A stretch of DNA of 64,000 nucleotides from Anaeramoeba ignava BMAN (Eukaryota; Protista; Anaeramoebae). Below, piece by piece: positions 55,497-64,000 of the stretch (the first letter of the stretch is position 1; every line of letters starts with the position of its first letter). The notes beneath the pieces were generated by a model that was not told the origin of the DNA, did not search any database, and worked only from the letters and a program-made list of their open reading frames with translations. Both the position numbers and the translations under genes were made by a program. The stretch is from the NCBI GenBank assembly GCA_028826165.1, contig JAPDFW010000061.1:186001-250000 (forward strand), given 5' to 3'.

Positions 55497-58400
55497 ATGA
55501 ATAATTGCACTATTTGTAATAAACAAAAACCAAAAGGATATCAATGCAAAAAATGCCAACAATTTGCTTGTTTTCAATGTATTATTGCAAAAAGTACAAA
55601 TCAAAAAGTTTTTGAATGTCCATTTTGTCGTTCTCCAATCAACATTATTAGGCAAATGAGAAAAGTAAAAAAATCAAAATTCAAATTAGAATATCAATAT
55701 AAATATCAATATCAATATCAAAATCAATATCAAAATCAAATTCAATATCAATATCAAAATCAATATCAAAACCAAAATCAAAATCAAAATCAATATCAAA
55801 ATCAAAATCAAAATCAAAATCAAAATCAAAATCAATATCCAAATCAAAATCAAAATTAAAATTAAAATCAAAATCAATATCAAAATCAAATCAATATCAA
55901 TATCAAAATCAATATCAATATCAATATCAATATCAATATCAAAATCAATATCAAAATCAATATCAAAATCAATATCAATATCAAAATCAAAATCAAAATT
56001 AAAATCAAAATCAAAATCAAAATCAAAATCAAAATTAAAATCAATATCAAAATTAAAATCAAATTTAAAATCAATATCAAAATCAAATTCAAAATCAAAT
56101 TCAAAATCAAAATCAATATCAAAATCAATATCAATATCAATATCAATATCAAAATCAAAATTAAAATTAAAATTAAAAAATTTAAAATCAATATCAAAAT
56201 CAAAATCAATTTCAAAATCAAAATCAAAATCAAAATCAAAATTCAAAATTAAAATTAAAATTAAAATCAATAACAAAATCAAAATCAAATTCAAAATTAA
56301 AATCAAAATCAAAATCAAAATCAAAATCAAAATTAAAATTAAAATCAAAATCAATATCAAAATCAATTTCAATATCAAAATCAAAATCAAAATCAAAATC
56401 AAAATCAAAATCAAAATCAAAATTAAAATCAAATTCAAAATCAAAATTAAATTCAAAATCAAAATTAAAATTTAAAATTAAAATCAATATCAAATTCAAA
56501 ATATAAATCAAAATCAAAATCAATATCAATATCAAAATCAAAATCAAAATCAAAATCAATATCAAAATTAAAATCAAAATCAAAATTAAAAATAAAATTA
56601 AAATTAAAATCAAAATTAAATTCAAAATCAAAATTAAAATTAAAATCAATATTAAAATCAATTCCAAATTAAAATTAAAATTAAAATTAAAATTAAAATC
56701 AAAATCAAAATCAAAATCAATATCAATATCAATATCAAAATCAAAATTAAAAATAAAATTAAAATCAAATTCAAAATCAAAATCAAAATCAAAATCAAAA
56801 ATAAAATTAAAATCAAAATCAAAATCAAAATCAAAATTAAAATCAAATTCAAAATCAAAATTAAAAATAAAAATAAAATTAAAATTAAAATCAAAATTAA
56901 AATCAAAATCAAAATTAAAATTAAAATCAATATTAAAATTAAAATCAAAATCAATATCAAAATCAAAATCAATTTCAATATCAAAATCAAAATAAAAATT
57001 AAAATTTAAAATTAAAATCAATATTAAAATTAAAATTAAAATCAAAATCAAAATCAAAATCAAAATTAAAATTAAAATTAAAATCAAAATCAAAATCAAT
57101 ATCAAAATCAAAATCAATATTAAAATCAAAATTAAAATCAAAATCAATATCAAATTTAAAAATGAAATTAAAGGGAAATAGAGTCATGTGTCGTTTTTTA
57201 AAAAGAGGATGGTGCAATTCTTATCAACATTTTAAAGCAAATGATATCAATTCTCATCCATCAAAAAAAATAGTATGTCCAAATTTTTATAAAGGAGAAT
57301 CATGTAATTCATCTGATTGTCCATATACTCATCCAAGATTTGAAGATTTTTTGGAATGGAGAGGTCAAATTTTAAGTCAAAGTCCTAATATTCACGAGCA
57401 AAAAAAAATTAATTGTTTCTTTCTTGATCAAAGAAGGAAAAGATCAAGAAAAAGTAAGAAAAATAAATCATATCAAGTTTCTTTATTTAATTTATTTTTT
57501 ATTCTCAAAAAATTTTTTTAAATAGCCTGTCCAAATGAAAAGGCAACATTATACTTTTTTAACCAGAAGCATTGCGATAAGAAAAACTGTAAATATCAAC
57601 ATAAAAGATTTTCATCTGATTTAAAAGAGCAAATGGATTTTTTTGTCTTAAAATACCAATATCCAGATCAATATCAAATCCAAAATCAAATTCAATATCA
57701 AAATCAAATTCAAAATCAAATTCAATATCAAATCCAAAATCAATATCAATATCAATATCAAAATCAAATTCCAAATCCAAATCCAAATCCAAATCAATAT
57801 CAAAATCAATATCAAAATCAAAATCAAAATCAAAATCAATTTCAAAATCAAAATCAAAATCAAAATCAAAATCAAAATCAAAATTCAAATCAATATCCAA
57901 ATCAAAATTCAAATCAAAATCCATATTCAAATCAAAATCAAAACCAAAATCCAAATCCAAATCAAAATCAAAACCAAAATCCAAATCCAAATCAAAATCA
58001 AAATCAATATCAAAATCCAAATCCAAATCAATATCAAAATCCAAAATCCAAATCAATATCAAAATCCAAATCAAAATCAATATCAAAATCAAAATCTAAA
58101 TCCAAATCAATATCCAAATCAAAATCAAAATCAAAATCAAAATCATTCAAAATCAAAATCAAAATCAAAATCAAAATCAAAATCAAAAATCAAAATCCAA
58201 AATCAAAATCAAAATTCAAATCAATATCCAAATCCAAATCAATATCAAAATTCAAATCAAAATCAAAATCAAAATCCAAATCTAAATTCAAACCAATATC
58301 AAAATCAAAATCAATATCAAAATCAAAATCAATATCAAAATCCAAATCCAAATCAATTTCAAAATCAAAATCTAACTCAATCTCAATATCCAAGCCAATA

Positions 58401-59085
58401 TCAAATTCAATATCCGAACCAATATACAATTCAAAATCAATTCCAAAATCAAGACGAATTGAGTTCAGAAACAGGATCCGAATCAGAGTCAGAGTCAGAA
58501 TCAGAGTCAGAGTCAGAATCAGAATCAGAATCAGAATCAGAATCAAAATCAAAATCAAAATCAAAATCAAATTCAAAATCAAAATCAAAATCAAATTCAA
58601 AATCAAAATCAAAATCAGATTCAAAATCAGATTCAAAATCAAACAAATCTGATTCAAAAAAATCTGAATCAAAAAAATCTGAATCAAAAAAATCTGATTC
58701 AAAAAAATCTGATTCAAAAAAATCTGATTCAAAAAAATCAGAATCAAAATCAAAATCAAAATCAAAATCAAATTCAATATCAAAATCAAATTCAAAATCA
58801 AAAAAATCTGATTCAAAAAAATCTGATTCAAAATCTGAATCAAAAAAATTTGATTCAAAAAAATCTGAATCAAAAAAATCTGATTCAAAAAAATCTGAAT
58901 CAAAAAAATCAAAAACAAAATCTGATTCAAAAAAATCTGATTCAAAAAAATTTGATTCAAAATCTGATTCAAAAAAATTTGATTCAAAATCTGATTCAAA
59001 AAAATCAAAAACAAAATCAAAAACAAAATCAAACAAATCTGATTCAAAAAAATCCAAAAAATCCAATTCAAAAAAATCAAATTGA
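55497..59085 (+). CDS. ZF-array gene 10: C4C4 RING-like + CCCH block + SDSKK-repeat tail
   Basis: Exons 55497-55664 (CTIC..CKKC..CFQC..CPFCR), ~57174-57453, and 57526 onward. Frame changes in the tail; stop at 59085. Confidence 0.75.
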
Positions 59086-59233
59086 AACAAATTCAATTCA
59101 TAAAAATCAAATTTTTAAAAAGGATTTTTATTCATTTTCTTCTTCTCAAAAAAAATAAATAAAAATAAATAAAAAATTGTCCGATTTTTGTTTTCATTTT
59201 TTTTTCCATTTTTAATTTTATATTGTTGAAATA

Positions 59234-62200
59234 ATGAATTATGTTTGCTATTTAAAATTAAAATTTAAAACCAAATTTCAAATTATTTAATTGATATTAT
59301 TTATTTGGATTAAAAATAAAAAAAGTACAATAATTCAGGAATGTGTGTTTATTTACAAAATGGATGGTGTAATTCTTATAAGCATTATAAAGCAAATAAT
59401 AAAACAGAACATCCACCCGATATGATAGTATGCCCAAAATTTTATAAAGGAGAATCATGTCATAACCTTAATTGTCCATATACTCATCCAAGAGCTAAAG
59501 ATTTTTTGAAATGGAGAGGTCAAATTTTATGTCAAAATATCAATGTTAGAGAAATTAAAAAAACTCATTGTTTTTTTCTTGATCAAAGACAAAAAATTTG
59601 TAAAAAACGTAAGAAAAATAACACCAAAATAATATCAACTCAATCAATACTCAAAATATTCAAAATATCCAAAATATTTAAAATAAATATTCAAAATATT
59701 TAAAATAAATATTCAAAATATTTAAAATAAATATTCAAAATATTTAAAATAAATATTCAAAATATTTAAAATAAATATTCAAATTATTTAAAATAAATAT
59801 TTAAAATAAATATTCAAAATAAATATTTAAAAATATTTAAAATAAATATTTAAAATAAATATTCAAAATAAATATTTAAAATAAATATTCAAAATATCCG
59901 AAATATCCAAAATAAATATTCAAAATAAATATTTAAAATAAATATCCAAAATAAATATTCAAAAATAAATATTTAAAAATAAATACCTAAAAATAATCAA
60001 AATAAATATTTAAAATAAATATTCAAAATATCCAAAATAAATATCCAAAATAAATATTCAAAATAAATATTCAAATTAAATATCCAAAATAAATATCCAA
60101 AATAAATATTCAAAATATTCAAAATAAATATTCAAAAATATTCAAAATAAATATTCAAAAATATTTAAAATAAACCAAAATAAATATTCAAAATATCCAA
60201 AATAAATATTCAAAATAAATATTCAAATTATTTAAAATAAATATTTAAAATAAATATTTAAAATAAATATTCAAAATAAATATTCAAAATAAATATTTAA
60301 AATAAATATTTAAAATAAATATTTAAAATAAATATTTAAAATAAATATTTAAAATAAATATTTAAAATAAATATTTAAAATAAATATTTAAAATAAATAT
60401 TTAAAATAAATATTTAAAATAAATATCCAAAATAAATATCCAAAATATTTAAAATAAATATTCAAAATATTTAAAATAAATATTCAAAATATTTAAAATA
60501 AATATCCAAAATAAATATTTAAAATATCCAAAATAAATATTTAAAATAAATATTTAAAATAAATAATCAAAATAAATATTTAAAATATCCAAAATATTCA
60601 AAATAAATATTTAAAATAAATATTCAAAATAAATATTTAAAATAAATATTCAAATTAAATATTTAAAATAAATATTTAAAATATCCAAAATAAATATTTA
60701 AAATACCTAAAATATTCATAAAAAATTTTTTTAAATTTATAAATTGTCAAAGCATGCAAAAAAGAAAAAACAATCCGTGAACGTTTTCGACATTGTAAAG
60801 TTGAGATGTGTCCATATGAACATCCTAGGTTTCCATCAGCATTAAAATCAAAGATGGATAATTATGTTTGGAAATATCTTCCTCAAAATCAAAATCAAAT
60901 TCAAATTCAAATTCCAATTCCAATTCCAAATCCAAATCAAAATCCAAATCTAAATCCAAATCTAAATCCAAATCCAAATCTAGATCCAAATCTAATTCTA
61001 ATTCAAAATCAAAATCAAATTCAATTTCAAAATCAAAATCCAAATCAAAATCAAAATCAAAATCCATATCCAATTCAAAATCCATATCCAATTCAAAATC
61101 CATATCCAATTCCAATTCAAAATCAAAATCCATATCCAATTCCAATTCAAAATCAAAATCAATTTCAAAATCAAGATTCCCATTCAGATTCAAAACATCA
61201 TCGTTCATATTCAAAACATCATCATTCAGATTCAAAACATCATCATTCAGATTCAAGATCAAATTCAAAACATCGTTCAGATTCAAAACATCATCATTCA
61301 GATTCAAGATCAAATTCAAAAAATCATCGTTCAGATTCAAAACATCATCATTCAGATTCAAGATCAAATTCAAAACATCGTTCAGATTCAAAACATCATC
61401 ATTCAGATTCAAAAAATCATCATTCAGATTCAAGATCAAATTCAAAACATCGTTCAGATTCAAAACATCATCATTCAGATTCAAGATCAAATTCAAAACC
61501 GAAACTGAAACCGAAACCAAGATCAAATTCAAATTCAAAACATCATTCAGATTCAAATTCAAAATCAAATCCAAATTCAAGATCAAATTCAAAACCAAGA
61601 TCAAAATCAAATTCCAGATCAAATCCAAATCCAAATTCAAAAAAAGAACAAACAAAGGAAGAAATTCTAAGTTCTCAATCACCATTAATATATACTCTTT
61701 CAAAATCAAAATCAAAATTTAAATCAAAATCAAAATTTAAATCAAAATCAAAATCAAAATCAAAATCAAAATCAAAATCAAAATCAAATTCAAAATTTAA
61801 ATTAAAATTAAAATTAAAATCAAAATCAAAATCAAAATCAAAATCAAAATCAAAATCAAAATCAGAATCAGAATCAGAATCAGAATCAGAATCAAAATCA
61901 AATTCAAAATCAAATTCAAAATCAAAATTTAAATTAAAATTAAAATTAAAATCAAAATCAAAATCAAAATCAAAATCAAATTCAAAATCAAAATCAAAAT
62001 CAAAATCAAAATCAAAATCAAAATCAAAATCAAAATCAAAATCAAAATCAAAATCAAAATCAAAATCAAAATCAAAATCAGAATCAGAATCAGAATCAAA
62101 ATCAAAATCAAAATCAAAATCAAAATCAAAATCAAATTCAAAATCAAAATCAAAACCAAATTCAAATTCAAAATCAAAATCAAAATCAAAATCAAAATTT

Positions 62201-62341
62201 AAATCAAAATCAAAATCAAAATCAAAATCAAAATCAAATTCAGACTCTCAAAAAATAAACTTTACAAGGAAAAATGTTAAGACAATACCAACAGTACAAC
62301 CATCTCATGAAATAATCATTCCATCAGGAAATTCAGATTGA
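59234..62341 (+). CDS. ZF-array gene 11: RING-less CCCH protein with SDSKHHH and SK repeats
   Basis: Predicted exons 59234-59242 (MNY), 59326-59608, 60753-62341, all in frame. Could alternatively start at ATG 59341. Confidence 0.75.
59650..60715. repeat. ~13-bp minisatellite (AAAATAAATATTT/AAAATAAATATTC with 9-bp variants) in intron 2 of gene 11
   Basis: Direct reading; purest at 60290-60420. Confidence 0.9.
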
Positions 62342-62622
62342 AATTCAGATTGAAATTAAAATTAAAATTAAAATTAAAATTAAAATTAAAATTTAAATTA
62401 AAATTAAAATTGAAATTAAAATTAAAATTAGAATTAAAATTAATTTATAAAATTAAAATTTGGAAAAAAATTCCTTTTTTGATTGAAAAAAGTAAAAAAG
62501 AAAATCAAGAATTTCCACTTTATTTTTCTCCTTTTTTTTTTTTCCTTTTTTATTTTTTTTTTTCCTTTTTTTATTTTTCATTTTTTTCCTTTTTTTTTAT
62601 TTGAAATTATTATTTAAAAATA

Positions 62623-64000
62623 ATGAATGTTTGTGATATAAAATTTAAATTAAAACGACAAAACAAACAAAAAAAAACTAAGATAAATTAAAATTTTTTT
62701 TATAAAAAAACAAAATAAATAAAAAATAAAACAAAAACAGTCAAACAATGATCCAATGATGTGTTCTTATTTAGGACAAGGATGGTGTAATTCTTATGAT
62801 CATTATAAAACAAATGATACCAATTTACATCCACCGAATAGAATAGTATGCCCTAATTTTTATCAAGGTAAACAATGCAATACATCTGATTGTCCTTATG
62901 TTCATCCAAGGTTTGAGGATTTTTTGGAATGGAGAAATGAAATTTTAAGTCAAAATCAGGAAGTTAAAGATATTAAAAAAATTAATTGTTTTTTTCTTGA
63001 TCAAAGAGAAAAAGCATCTACAAAAAGTAAAATCAAAAAATCAAATTCAATTCCAATATTAAAATCAATATCTAAATCAAAATCAATATTAAAATTAAAA
63101 TCAAATTCAATTTCAATATTAAAATCAAAATTAAAATAAAAATCAATTTCAATATTAAAATCAAAACCAAAATCAAAATAAAAATCAATATCAAAATCAA
63201 TATTAAAATTAAAATCAAAATAAAAATCTAAATTCAAATTCAAATCAAAATAAAAATCAAAATAAAATCAATATCTAAATTCAATATCAAATTCAAATTC
63301 AAATTAAAATTCAAATTAAAATTCAAAATCAAAATAAAAATCAATATCAAAATCAAAATCAAAATCAAAATCAAAATCAAAATCAAAATTTAAATCAATA
63401 TCAAAATCAAAATCAAAATTAATATAAAAATCAATATCTAAATCAAAATCTAAATTCAAAATCAAAATCAAAATCAAAAATCAAAACCAAAATCTAAATT
63501 CAAATTAAAATCAATATCAAAATTAAAATAAAAATCAAATTCAAATTCAAATTCAAATTCAAATTCAAATTCAAATTCAAAATAAAAATTAAAATCAAAA
63601 CCAAAATCAAAATCAATATTAAAATCAAAATCGAAATTAAAATTAAAATCAAAACCAAAATCAAAATCAAAATCAAAACCAAAATCAAAATCAAAATCAA
63701 AACCAAAATCAAAATCAAAATAAAAATCAAAATCAAAATTAAAATTCAAAAATATTATTTATAAATTCAAAATAGAATGTCCAAATGAAAAATCAAAATT
63801 TTTTGGTTTTTTTGAAAAACATTGTGACACGAAAATGTGCAAATATGAGCATAATAATTTTCCATCTAAATTAAAATCAAAACTTGGAGATGCAATTTTG
63901 AATTATAAAACATCGAAAAAATCCAAACCACCAAATCCAAATCAGAATCAAAATCAAAATTCAAATCAAACTCAATTTCAGTTTCCAAATCCAAATCAAA
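62623..64000 (+). CDS. ZF-array gene 12: RING-less CCCH protein, 3' end outside window
   Basis: Predicted exons 62623-62628 (MN), 62741-63026, 63776-64000+ (CPNEKSKFFGFFEKHCDTKMCKYEH). Confidence 0.75.

Noticed and set aside
4431-63749. Dozens of minus-strand ORFs (FDFDFD, ILILIL, LNLNLN) and plus-strand KIKIKI ORFs
   Set aside because: Shadow frames of the stop-free hexamer repeats; no domain content.
5378-63830. DGR- or V(D)J-like somatic mechanism for the variable loop
   Set aside because: No reverse transcriptase, template repeat, recombinase or signal sequences are visible; the variation is between genomic paralogues.
1-64000. tRNA/rRNA genes, inteins, autonomous transposases
   Set aside because: No recognisable motifs found by eye; tRNAscan-SE, Infernal and HMM searches would be needed to exclude them formally.

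Overview
Extremely AT-rich, intron-containing eukaryotic DNA. The ENENEN/NQNQNQ-padded RCC1-BTB genes suggest an Anaeramoeba-like protist (inference only). After two minus-strand RCC1-BTB genes, the plus strand from ~4 kb to the end carries a tandem array of 12 related spliced genes that the ORF track shows only as fragments. The basic plan is exon 1 = RING-like Cys/His domain, phase-0 intron, exon 2 = fixed-length CCHH/CCCH zinc-finger block, phase-1 intron, exon 3 = hypervariable Cys-bounded loop (12-46 aa) plus C-x4-C-x3-H, then a hexamer-repeat tail. Modules are shuffled between members: one ends in a degenerate PARP domain (ZAP/PARP13-like), two carry a BTB cassette, one has four tandem RING exons, one has two CCCH blocks and two have lost the RING. 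Interspersed are an ADP-ribosyltransferase-receiver-SH3 gene, an ankyrin-BTB gene with six predicted 3-6 nt micro-exons at the ankyrin hairpin loops, and a RING-kinase. Non-coding features include a ~143-bp satellite (15 and 5 copies), an intronic TTAA-flanked insertion and a recurrent inverted 12-mer in gene spacers. My inference is a rapidly diversifying RNA-sensing/ubiquitin/ADP-ribosylation (innate-defence-like) locus. Splice sites are predicted by eye from GT-AG, frame and paralogue conservation. Many frameshifts in A-runs may be sequencing errors.
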